Source: an uncultured Actinomycetes bacterium
GTDB taxonomy: Bacteria > Actinomycetota > Thermoleophilia > Gaiellales > Gaiellaceae
Assembly: GCA_963847845.1 (NCBI GenBank)
Contig: CAWKBI010000003.1
Location: 468,483 to 532,482, forward strand
DNA: 64,000 nucleotides
Direction of reading: 5' to 3'
Made by a program: the position numbers and the translations under genes
Part shown: piece after piece, positions 44,531 to 52,883 of the stretch
Position numbering within the stretch: position 1 is the stretch's first letter
How the letters are laid out: each line of letters opens with the position of its first letter
The notes under the pieces: generated by a model
Seen by the model: only the letters and a program-made list of their open reading frames with translations
What the model was told of the DNA's origin: nothing
Databases searched by the model: none

Positions 44531-44989
44531 GTGGCCGTCCTCTACCTCGACCTCGACGGCTTCAAGGAGGTCAACGACCGGCATGGTCACCAGACCGGCG
44601 ACCGGCTGCTCGAAGCTGTCGCGGCGCGCCTGCGTTCGGTCGCCCGTGCCACCGACCTGGTCGCCCGGATCGGAGGGGACGAGTTCGTGATCCTCCTGAG
44701 CGACCTCGCTCCGAACGGCGCCGCCGCGATCGCCGACGAGGTGGCTAACCGTGTCCACGACATCGTCGGCCGGCCGGTTCAGATCGGAGAGATCCCGATC
44801 CGGGTATCGGCAAGCATCGGGATCGCGCTCCATCCGACCCACGCCGCCGACGCGGACGGGCTCGTGGCGGCCGCAGATGCCGCGATGTACGCGAGCAAGC
44901 GCACGGGCCGTGCCCGCACGACGAGCGCCGGCGAGCCCGTGACAGCCAGCCACGCGAAGGGCCGCGGACACCTGCGTCCCGCCGGTTAG
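44531..44989 (+). CDS. GGDEF domain protein lacking the N-terminal ~30 residues of the domain and any sensor (possible 5'-truncated remnant)
   Basis: VAVLYLDLDGFKEVNDRHGHQTGDRLL...ARIGGDEFVILL...SASIGIAL...ADAAMYASKRTGR. An in-frame TGA lies 14 codons upstream, and only about 80 nt separate it from the EamA stop. Confidence 0.65.
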   Translation: MAVLYLDLDGFKEVNDRHGHQTGDRLLEAVAARLRSVARATDLVARIGGDEFVILLSDLAPNGAAAIADEVANRVHDIVGRPVQIGEIPIRVSASIGIALHPTHAADADGLVAAADAAMYASKRTGRARTTSAGEPVTASHAKGRGHLRPAG

Positions 44990-45909
44990 ACGTTGAAGCG
45001 GATATTGAGCACGTCGCCGTCGCGGACGACGTAGGTCTTGCCCTCGAGCCGCTGCTTGCCTTGCCGGGCGACCTCGGCGTGCGAGCCCGTCTCGACAAGA
45101 TCGCGCCAGTCGACCACCTCGCAGCGAATGAACCCGCGCGCGATGTCCGAGTGGATCGAGTCGGCGGCGTCGAGCGCCGTCTCGCCGTTGCGAAGCGTCC
45201 AGGCTCTCGTCTCCTTCTCGCCCGCCGTGAAGAACGTGATCAGGTCGAGAGCGTCGCGGAGCCGGCCGGCGACGTCGTCCAGCGCCGACTCACCTCCGTC
45301 GCGAAACGCAGCTGCCTCTTCGTCGGAGAGCTCGGCCAATTCGGCCTCGAGCTTCAGGTCGATCCCGCCCGGGCCGTTCTCGATCGCGATCAGAGGCTTC
45401 GTCGTCAGCGGCTCGAGCTCGCCGGGCAGCTCGCCTTGATAGTCGACGAGCGCCCCACCGGCATCGACGTGCGCGAGGATCCTGGTCAGATCCTCGACCT
45501 CGGTGCGCAACTTCGCTTCGCCCGACTTCGCCTGCTTCGTGACGCGTTCGAGCCTGCGCTCGACATGGTCGCGGTCGGCCACCAGGAGCTCGAGGGTGAA
45601 CGTCTCGAGATCGCCGGCAGGGTCGGCGTCGGGACCGAAGCCGCGCAGTACCACGAGCAGAGCGTCGACCTGGCGCAAGTTGCCGAGCTGGGCCTCGCCC
45701 GCACCGGGGATGTCCTGGACACGAATTGTCGCCGCAGTCACCTTGCGTGCCTGGACGACCTTCCCGAGCGCGTCGAGGCGCTCGTCGGCGATCGGGGCCA
45801 TGCCGACGTTCGTCTTTCCGTACTCGCCGCCGCCGGTGCTCGTAAGTGCCGTGAAGAGGGACGTCTTCCCGCTGCCGGACGGGCCGACGATCCCAACTTC
45901 AAGAGGCAA
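44986..45909 (-). CDS. YchF/Obg-like ATPase, short divergent form
   Basis: C-terminal TFFTAGEKETRAWTLRNGETALDAADSIHSDIARGFIRCEVV...GKQRLEGKTYVVRDGDVLNIRFNV is classic YchF. The N-terminal P-loop is GPSGSGKTS rather than the GLPNVGKST I recall. Confidence 0.7.
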   Translation of the reverse strand: MPLEVGIVGPSGSGKTSLFTALTSTGGGEYGKTNVGMAPIADERLDALGKVVQARKVTAATIRVQDIPGAGEAQLGNLRQVDALLVVLRGFGPDADPAGDLETFTLELLVADRDHVERRLERVTKQAKSGEAKLRTEVEDLTRILAHVDAGGALVDYQGELPGELEPLTTKPLIAIENGPGGIDLKLEAELAELSDEEAAAFRDGGESALDDVAGRLRDALDLITFFTAGEKETRAWTLRNGETALDAADSIHSDIARGFIRCEVVDWRDLVETGSHAEVARQGKQRLEGKTYVVRDGDVLNIRFNV

Positions 45910-45911
45910 AG

Positions 45912-46145
45912 CTAGGCGACTGCGCCGAAGCCGACGCGGCTTTCGCGCGCCCAGCGCTTCACGTACACGACGCGCCGCAGCGACACGGTGTAGATGCCGT
46001 CTTCTGCCTCGAACGTGTAGGCGGCTTCGCGATCTCCCGACAGGGCACGCTCGAATTCCTCGACGGTCTCGAGCGGGACGAGCACCGACAGGACCTGCTG
46101 GCCGTCGAAGGCGATCTCGATGCGGATGGGCTCAGTTTCGGTCAT
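45912..46145 (-). CDS. DUF3107-like small protein
   Basis: 77 aa. IRIEIAF...LVPLETVEEFERAL...VVYVKRWARESRVGFG resembles actinobacterial DUF3107 as I recall it. Confidence 0.5.
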   Translation of the reverse strand: MTETEPIRIEIAFDGQQVLSVLVPLETVEEFERALSGDREAAYTFEAEDGIYTVSLRRVVYVKRWARESRVGFGAVA

Positions 46146-46539
46146 CGCTGACGAACTCTGCCAGAACGCCGCCGGTTGCCTCCGGATGGACGAACGCGAC
46201 TTGCAGCCCGAAGAGCCCGCGCCGAGGCGAATCGTCGATCAGCCGGGCGCCTGCGAGCCGCAGCCGCTCCAGCTCGGCCGCCACATCCTCGACCTCGAAC
46301 GCCACGTGATGGAGGCCTGGCCCTCGCCCGGCGAGGAACTTCCCGACCGGCGTCTCCGGGCCGAGCGGCGCCAGCAGCTCGATGCGGCCGGTGCCCGTCC
46401 GGAGTGACGCTGCCTCGACGCCCTGATCGGCCAGCTCGGCCCGATGCTCGAGCTCCGCGCCGAACAGCAGCGAGTACGTCTCGATCGCGCGGTCGAGATC
46501 GTCGACTGCGATCCCGATGTGGTGCGTGCCTAGGACCAC
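46132..46539 (-). CDS. mce: methylmalonyl-CoA epimerase (VOC family)
   Basis: HHIGIAVDDLDRAIETY...GRIELLAPLGPETPVGKFLAGRGPGLHHVAFEVEDV...GLQVAFVHP. Start GTG 46539. Confidence 0.85.
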   Translation of the reverse strand: MVLGTHHIGIAVDDLDRAIETYSLLFGAELEHRAELADQGVEAASLRTGTGRIELLAPLGPETPVGKFLAGRGPGLHHVAFEVEDVAAELERLRLAGARLIDDSPRRGLFGLQVAFVHPEATGGVLAEFVSDDRN

Positions 46540-47081
46540 TCGCGGTCCAGGATCGCGTAGACGACCTCGCTCTGCCACTCGCCCTTGACCCACTCGTTCT
46601 CGACCAGGTGCGCTTCGCGGCGCATGCCGAGCTTCTCGAGCACCCGCACAGAGCCGTTGTTGCGAGCTTCCGCCCGCCCGACCACCCGATGCAGCCCGAG
46701 CTCGCCGAACGCCCAGTCGAGCAGTGCCCGGGCCGCCTCGGTTGCGTAACCCTTGCCGTGCTGCTCAGGATGGATGATGAAGCCGAGCTCACCGCTTCGG
46801 TGCAGCTCGCTCGCCCAGAGTAGGTCGACGTCGCCGACGAGCTCGTGGGTCTCGCTCGATTCGACGGCGGCGCACAGCCACTCCCCTGGCGCCTGGATCG
46901 AGGCGCCGGCGATCTTGACCGTCAACAGCTCGGCGACCTGCGGACGGGTACGCGGCTCGTTGTAGAGCCAGCGCGCCACGCCTGCGTCCGCCTGGATCTC
47001 GCAGAGCACATCGAAGTCGTCGTCGTGGAAGGGTCGCAGGACGAGCCTGTCGGTCCGGATCGGCCAGTCGGGCGCGAACAT
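46530..47081 (-). CDS. GNAT family (RimJ/RimL-like) N-acetyltransferase
   Basis: IRTDRLVLRPFHDDDF...GELGFIIHPEQHGKGYATEAARALLDWAFGELGLHRVVGRAEARNNGSVRVLEKLGMRREAHL. Confidence 0.88.
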   Translation of the reverse strand: MFAPDWPIRTDRLVLRPFHDDDFDVLCEIQADAGVARWLYNEPRTRPQVAELLTVKIAGASIQAPGEWLCAAVESSETHELVGDVDLLWASELHRSGELGFIIHPEQHGKGYATEAARALLDWAFGELGLHRVVGRAEARNNGSVRVLEKLGMRREAHLVENEWVKGEWQSEVVYAILDREWS

Positions 47082-47091
47082 CCGGCTAACG

Positions 47092-48600
47092 CTACTCGCC
47101 GAGGACGCGTACGACGCCGACCGAATCGGCAGAACGGGAGTCCGGCTCGACTCCGTCGAAGACGGCGACCAGCTCTTCGCGTGAAAGGGTCTCTCGCTCC
47201 AGCAAGGCACCCGCGACTCGATCGAGGGCGGCACGGTGCGTGCGCAGCAGGCGCATCGACTCGGCGTAGGCGTGGTCGGTCAGGTTGACCTGCTCCGAAT
47301 CACGCACCCGCTTCGTCTCCTCCGACAGGCCGAAGTCGTCTGCTCGCGCGGTGCGCGACGTCAGCGTCTCGCCCATCCCCCATTCAAAGACCATCGAGCG
47401 TGCGATCTGGGTGGCGCGCTCGAGGTCGCTCGCGGCGCCGTTCGTGACCCGGCCGAAAACCAGTTCTTCCGCCGCGCGGCCGGCCAGGGCCATCACCATC
47501 CAGTCGAGCAACTCTTCCTTCGTCTCGAGATAGCGCTCCTCTTCCGGGAGGTGCAGCACGTAGCCGAGGGCCGTACCGCGGGCGATGATCGTCGCCCGCT
47601 GCGGCGCGTTCCCCACCAGGTGCGAGACGAGCGCATGCCCACCTTCGTGATAGGCGAGGATGCGCTTCTCCTTGTCGGTGACAACCCGCCGTTGCTGCAG
47701 GCCGGCGACGACGCGCTCGACGGCGTAGTCGAAGTCCGCCAGCTCGAGCGTGGCTCGTCCGGCCCGCCCTGCGCCGATCGCAGCTTCGTTGCAGATGTTC
47801 GCGAGGTCGGCGCCGGTCAGGCCCGCGGTCTGCCGCGCAACGCTCTCCAGGTCGACGCTCGTGCCGAGCGGCTTGCCGCGCGTGTGCACCTCGAGGATCG
47901 CGATCCGGCCCTTCAGATCTGGCGGCATGATCAGGATCTGGCGATCGAAGCGGCCGGGCCGAAGGAGCGCAGGATCGAGATCCTGCAGCCGGTTCGAGGC
48001 ACCCATCACAACCACCTGGTCGCGCGGGCCGAAGCCGTCGAGCTCGACGAGCAACTGGTTCAGCGTCTGGTCGTGCTCGCGGTTGAACGAGTTGTTGCTG
48101 CGCGCGCTGCCGACGGCGTCGAGCTCGTCGATGAACACGATCGAGGGGGCGTTCTTGCGAGCCTCTTCGAACAGCGTCCTGATGCGAGCGGCACCGAGCC
48201 CGGCGAACATCTCGACGAACGACGAGGCGCTCTGTGCGAAGAAGCGGGCGCCGGTCTCGTGCGCAACCGCCTTCGCCGCGAGAGTCTTGCCGGTACCCGG
48301 GGGCCCGTGGAACAGGACCCCTTTCGGCACGCGCGCGCCGAGAGCCTCGAAGCGCTGAGGGTCGCGCAGGAAGTCGACGATCTCCTGCAGCTCCTCCTTT
48401 GCTTCCTCGAGCCCGGCGACATCGGCCCAGGTGACGGACGATTCCGAGCCGGGGGTGATCTCTGTCGGCTTGATCCGCGGCATCAGCTTCACGGTCTTCC
48501 AGAAGAGGTAGACGACCGCGCACATCAGGAAGAAAAAGAGGATCGGCAGCCACGTCAGGGCGAAGTCGGACATGAAGTGGCTGAAGCCCGCTGCGATCAT
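47092..48600 (-). CDS. FtsH-like AAA+ zinc metalloprotease with a single N-terminal TM segment
   Basis: Walker A GPPGTGKT, Walker B IVFIDELD, SRH-like GASNRLQDLDPALLRPGRFD, zinc site HEGGH. Only one hydrophobic span (LPILFFFLMCAVVYLF) precedes the ATPase. Confidence 0.88.
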   Translation of the reverse strand: MIAAGFSHFMSDFALTWLPILFFFLMCAVVYLFWKTVKLMPRIKPTEITPGSESSVTWADVAGLEEAKEELQEIVDFLRDPQRFEALGARVPKGVLFHGPPGTGKTLAAKAVAHETGARFFAQSASSFVEMFAGLGAARIRTLFEEARKNAPSIVFIDELDAVGSARSNNSFNREHDQTLNQLLVELDGFGPRDQVVVMGASNRLQDLDPALLRPGRFDRQILIMPPDLKGRIAILEVHTRGKPLGTSVDLESVARQTAGLTGADLANICNEAAIGAGRAGRATLELADFDYAVERVVAGLQQRRVVTDKEKRILAYHEGGHALVSHLVGNAPQRATIIARGTALGYVLHLPEEERYLETKEELLDWMVMALAGRAAEELVFGRVTNGAASDLERATQIARSMVFEWGMGETLTSRTARADDFGLSEETKRVRDSEQVNLTDHAYAESMRLLRTHRAALDRVAGALLERETLSREELVAVFDGVEPDSRSADSVGVVRVLGE

Positions 48601-48604
48601 CTGG

Positions 48605-49240
48605 TCAGTTGTCGGCAGTAACGGGAGCTGCCTCAAGTAGCGCGACCGCGTCTTCGAGGGATGCGAAGCGCACTCCGGCCGCGCGCCAGTCGGCTGTGCA
48701 GGCCCGGGTTCTCGCCTCGTCGAGCCCACGCGACGCCGCCTCGACGAAGACGACGGCGCGACCACGCGCCAGCAGCCCGCGGATCGCTGCGTCGTCGCAC
48801 ACGTCGGTCGCGACCCCGAAGAGGACGATCTCCGCGGGATCGAGCAGCTCGAGCAGACGGTCGGCGTTCGGGTTCGTGAAGACGTCGAAGCTCTTCTTCA
48901 GGAGCAGGAACTCCCTGCCCTGCAACCAGCGCTCGGAGACCGTGCCCAGACCGAGCGGAACGGGATCGAGCTGGGCGGTCTCCGCGACCTTCTCGGCGCC
49001 GCGCGTCCCGCGTAGGCAATGCGGCGGATACGTGACCGCATAGTCCGGGTCGTCCGAGAGCTCGAGATCAGTGAGCTCATGGTCGTCCGCCGACGCAATG
49101 TGCGGTATCCCGCTGCGGCGCGCCGCGGCGACCAGTTGAGCCATCGCCGGCGCCGCGTCCTCGGCGCCGGGCACGAACAGCTTGCCGTTCGCATGCACGA
49201 AGTCGACCTGGGTGTCGACATCCCAAAGAACGCGATTCAC
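48605..49240 (-). CDS. pncA: isochorismatase-family hydrolase, probably nicotinamidase
   Basis: LWDVDTQVDFV...ASADDH...PPHCLRGTRGA...KKSFDVF...VLFGVATDVCD (catalytic Cys context). GTGA-coupled to pncB. Confidence 0.75.
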   Translation of the reverse strand: MNRVLWDVDTQVDFVHANGKLFVPGAEDAAPAMAQLVAAARRSGIPHIASADDHELTDLELSDDPDYAVTYPPHCLRGTRGAEKVAETAQLDPVPLGLGTVSERWLQGREFLLLKKSFDVFTNPNADRLLELLDPAEIVLFGVATDVCDDAAIRGLLARGRAVVFVEAASRGLDEARTRACTADWRAAGVRFASLEDAVALLEAAPVTADN

Positions 49241-50313
49241 GTGACGAGCTCGAGCCTCCGGCTCGGCCTCAGCTGTCGCCCGACCTTGGCGGCCGGCGCT
49301 CCGTCGGCGAGCACGATGTCGGCGGTGAAGTCGTTCGAGCCGCGGATCAGCGACGAACCGACGCCGTAGGCGTCGACCGGGACCTCGTTTCGCTCGAACT
49401 CCATGATCTTGTCCAACGTGAACCCACCCGAGACGACGATCTTCACGTCGCCAAAGCCGGCGCCGTCGAGCGCAACTCGAACGTTCCGGACGAGTCGCGG
49501 ATTGACGCCCGTGGGGTTGAAGTCGCCCATCTCCTCCCAGAGCGACCGATCGACGAGCGACTCGGAGGTGTCGAGACGAACGCCCCAGAGCCGCGGCCCG
49601 AGCGCGTGCGCGACGTCGAGCGCGGTCCGGACCGAGTCGTTCTCGAAGTCCACGAGGACGGTGATGTTCATGTCCTCGGAGGCCCAGTCGGCGAAGTGCT
49701 TCGACGCCGCGACGGTGTCGCCGCCGTAAGCCGCGATCAGGGCGTGCGGGACCGTGCCGATCCCCGTGCCGCCCCACCACGAGGCCTGCTCGTCGGTCGT
49801 CACGCCGATCGGCGCGCCGACGACCTGGCCGGCGACGTAGGCGGCGTACCCGTCGCCGGTCTGGACGCGATGATGGTCGTGGCGGGCCGGCATAAAGATG
49901 ATCGGCTTGCCGTTCGCCGCCTCGAGCACCCGGACGACATTGGTCGTGATCAGCGTTCGGCGGGCGAGCGTGCCGAGGTAGACGGTCTCGAGGTGCGCGA
50001 AAGTCGTGTAGTCGCCCTCGATCGTCAGCACCGGCTCGTACGGGTGCAGGACGTCGCCGTCGTAGAGCGCATTGACGGTCAGTGCGCTCCAGTCGTCGGC
50101 GCACAGCTTGAGGATCGCGATCGCCTCGTCCATCCCGCCGAGGTACGCATGGTTCTTCTGGAAGACCTGCATCAGGACGCGAGGCCGGCGGCCGTCTCGG
50201 AGCAGCGTCGCACGCGTGTGGTTGAAGTACGCGTCGGTGTAGTAGCCGGCGCGCATCTTCTCGACCGGCAGCTCGAAGATCGAGGGGTCGAGCCGCTTAC
50301 GCGTCGTGATCAT
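49237..50313 (-). CDS. pncB: nicotinate phosphoribosyltransferase family protein
   Basis: YYTDAYFNHTRATL...MQVFQKNHAYLGGMDEAIAIL...GTVPHALIAAYGG...VLVDFENDSV...GVRLDTS. Start ATG 50313. Confidence 0.8.
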   Translation of the reverse strand: MITTRKRLDPSIFELPVEKMRAGYYTDAYFNHTRATLLRDGRRPRVLMQVFQKNHAYLGGMDEAIAILKLCADDWSALTVNALYDGDVLHPYEPVLTIEGDYTTFAHLETVYLGTLARRTLITTNVVRVLEAANGKPIIFMPARHDHHRVQTGDGYAAYVAGQVVGAPIGVTTDEQASWWGGTGIGTVPHALIAAYGGDTVAASKHFADWASEDMNITVLVDFENDSVRTALDVAHALGPRLWGVRLDTSESLVDRSLWEEMGDFNPTGVNPRLVRNVRVALDGAGFGDVKIVVSGGFTLDKIMEFERNEVPVDAYGVGSSLIRGSNDFTADIVLADGAPAAKVGRQLRPSRRLELVT

Positions 50314-51091
50314 TTTCGAGCTCCAGGCAGGCGCGGAGAGCGGCGTCGGCGACCTCGAGTTGCGCCGGCGTCGGCTCACGCGTTCCGAGCCGGTGCTGCA
50401 GCTCATGACCCGGCTTCGCAAGCGCACGTGAAACCGGGTGCGCCGGGTTGCGCCCCATCCAGCCGAAGATCTCGGTCGCGGCGGCGACCGCACCCACTGC
50501 GGCCGCGAGCTTGGCGGGCGTGCGAAGGCGCACAGGCGCGCGCTCGGCGGCGAGGTTGCCAACGGCGCTCGTCAGCAGCATCGGCCCGATCAGATGGGAG
50601 CCGCAACGTTCGTGCTCCTTCGGCCGCGCGCTGCCGTGCTCGTACGTACCGATCGAGATGTGCTCGGCGCCGTGGTAGGAAGCGAGCTCGCCGCCCCGGA
50701 GTGCGAGCGCCGCTGGCGCGACCGAAAGCAAGCTCGTCAGCAGCTCGCGGGTCGCGGGCCGCAGCGACGAACGGCGAAGCCCTTGTAGCAGGACGGCTGT
50801 CCCGACCATCGAGCCGAGGACGCGCGGCCGCTCGAGGGGCAGCTCGGCCTCGGGGAGGGCACGCTTCAGCCGCGGAATCAGGGCGAACGCCTCGGCGAGC
50901 CGCGCGGGCCCGCGCAGGATCGGGTTCGTGACCCGCGAGGCGCGGGTCCCCTTCCGGCGGGCGACGACCTTCAGCTCGCCGTCAGCGGTCCGGATCGCGC
51001 AGGCCCAGGTGGTCGGCCCGTGCACGAGGACGCCGTTGCCGAGCGCCATCCCTCCGAGGCGTACGCGTTCTCCCGCTCCGGCACTGCTCAT
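50297..51091 (-). CDS. DUF1385 family protein
   Basis: LGGMALGNGVLVHGP...YHGAEHISIGTYEHG...HERCGSHLIG matches the DUF1385 pattern (GG.A..EGVMMR ... YHGAEHK ... HPRCGT). Confidence 0.75.
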   Translation of the reverse strand: MSSAGAGERVRLGGMALGNGVLVHGPTTWACAIRTADGELKVVARRKGTRASRVTNPILRGPARLAEAFALIPRLKRALPEAELPLERPRVLGSMVGTAVLLQGLRRSSLRPATRELLTSLLSVAPAALALRGGELASYHGAEHISIGTYEHGSARPKEHERCGSHLIGPMLLTSAVGNLAAERAPVRLRTPAKLAAAVGAVAAATEIFGWMGRNPAHPVSRALAKPGHELQHRLGTREPTPAQLEVADAALRACLELENDHDA

Positions 51092-51864
51092 CGCGTGGAG
51101 CGTAGCCTGAGCGCAGCCTGCAACCGAGCCGCGACAGGCCCTGGTGACCCGCCGCCGATCGTGTGTCCGTCGACCGAGCGCACGGGCATCACCTCCCGGA
51201 TCGACGAGGTCGTGAAGGCTTCGTCTGCGGCGTACAGCTCAATCAGTGAAAACGCGCCTTGCACCGCGCGAGGCTCGAGCTCCAGCACGAACGACCGCGT
51301 GACGCCTGCAAGCACGCCCTGGCCGGGGGCAGGGGTATGGAGAGCACCGGCCCGGATCCACCAGATGTTCGCGGTCGCGCACTCTCGGATCCGGGATTCG
51401 GTGACGAGCAACGCGTCGTCCGCCTCGACGGACCTGCGAGCCGCGAACGCCTCGGCATAGCTTGTCGCCTTGACGCCGTCGAGCAGCGACGACGTGCCGG
51501 CGTCGACAGTCGCCAGAGTCAGGCCTCGCGCTCGCAGCTCCTCGAGGCCGTCGGGAAGCGCGGCGGCGGTCGCGACGAGCGCTTCGTCGGTGCGGTAGAG
51601 CCGGAGGACGTGGTCGGGCGGCGCCACCCCCGCTACGAGGGTCGCGAGCTCCCCTGCGCCCTCCACACCAGGGAGCGCCAGCACCGCCGCGGAGTGTGCG
51701 AACCGCTCGAGATGGCGGTCGATCAGGAACGGGCGGCCGTCGTAGACGCGAATCGTCTCGAAGGCGGCGCCTCCGCGAAGCAGAGCTTCGTCGCCGGCAG
51801 CGAAGACCGGCGCGGCCGGGTCGACGAGCCCGCGGCCCGAGACCGCGACCGCCAGCAGCGTCAT
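51088..51864 (-). CDS. pabC: aminodeoxychorismate lyase / class IV aminotransferase family
   Basis: FETIRVYDGRPFLIDRHLERF, ATANIWWIRAGALHTP...GVLAGVTR, ADEAFTTSSIREVMPV. ATGA overlap with pabB. Confidence 0.8.
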   Translation of the reverse strand: MTLLAVAVSGRGLVDPAAPVFAAGDEALLRGGAAFETIRVYDGRPFLIDRHLERFAHSAAVLALPGVEGAGELATLVAGVAPPDHVLRLYRTDEALVATAAALPDGLEELRARGLTLATVDAGTSSLLDGVKATSYAEAFAARRSVEADDALLVTESRIRECATANIWWIRAGALHTPAPGQGVLAGVTRSFVLELEPRAVQGAFSLIELYAADEAFTTSSIREVMPVRSVDGHTIGGGSPGPVAARLQAALRLRSTR

Positions 51865-52883
51865 GCGAGAACGAGCCCGCCGACCGCGGCGAGCAGCGGC
51901 CTCGCCTTCACCCATGCCTCTTCGATCTCGGCTTCGGGGTCCGAATCCCAGACGATGCCGCCGCCGACCCAGAGGTGAATGCGGCCGGCGGCTACCGCGA
52001 AGGTGCGGATCGTCAACGCCAGGTCGAAGTCGCCGTTCGCGTAGATCGTCCCGAGCGCCCCCATCGACGCGCCGCGACCCACCGGCTCGAGCGCGGCGAT
52101 CTGATCGAGCGCCGCGACCTTCGGAGCGCCGGTGACGGAGCCCCGGGAAAGAGCGCCTCGAGGATCTCCGCGAGAGTCGTCCCGCTGCGCAGGCCTCCCT
52201 CGACGGTCGAGACGAGATGAGTGACACCGGCGAGCTCCCGCTGCGCCATCAGCTCGGGCCAACGCACGGTTCCCTCATCGCAGACGCGCGAGAGGTCGTT
52301 GCGCTCCAGATCGACGATCATCATGTGCTCGGCCGAGTCCTTCGCGCCGTCGATGTCCTCGCCCGCCGGCCGCGTCCCTTTGATCGGCATCGTCTGCAAC
52401 CGATCGCCGCGACGAGAGAGAAACAGCTCGGGTGACGCCGAGACGATCGCCCACCCGTCGCAGCCAGCGGCCGTGGATGCAGAGGGCTGAGCACGATAGC
52501 GCGGCAGCCAGCCCGGCCGGGTCGCCGGCGAACGGCGCGGCGAGATGCTGCACGAGATTCACCTGATAGACATCGCCGCGCGCGATCGCGGCGCGCACCG
52601 ATTCGATCGCGTTGGCGTAGGCATCGCTCGACCACGACGGCTGCCACTCCCCGACCGTGAACCCAGCTTGTGCCAAGTTGGCACAAGCGGTCGGGCGCGC
52701 GGCGAGCAGCGGCAACGGGCACGGCTCGGGCGGCGCCGGCACGGTCGTTCGGCGCAAGATCCCGGAGAGGCCGTAGCCGAGAAACACGTCGGCGCTCTCG
52801 CCCTCGGAAAGCTCGTCTGCAAGCCACTGCTCGAGTTGGGCGAAGGCACCCTCGGCCTCGTGCAGCTCGAGCATTCGCGTCAA
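51861..52883 (-). pseudogene. pabB: aminodeoxychorismate (or anthranilate) synthase component I, interrupted by at least two and probably three 1-nt frameshifts
   Basis: Homology runs through three reading frames. AIARGDVYQVNLVQHLAAPFAGDP (ORF 52275-52883). (W)AIVSASPELFLSRRGDRLQTMPIKGTRP...DLERNDLSRV...THLVSTVEG...LFPG (ORF 52013-52399 extended upstream). GSVTGAPKVAAL...LALTIRT...GGGIVWDSDPEAEIEE (ORF 51861-52262). The last switch is at the C-run 52141-52144. Confidence 0.8.
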
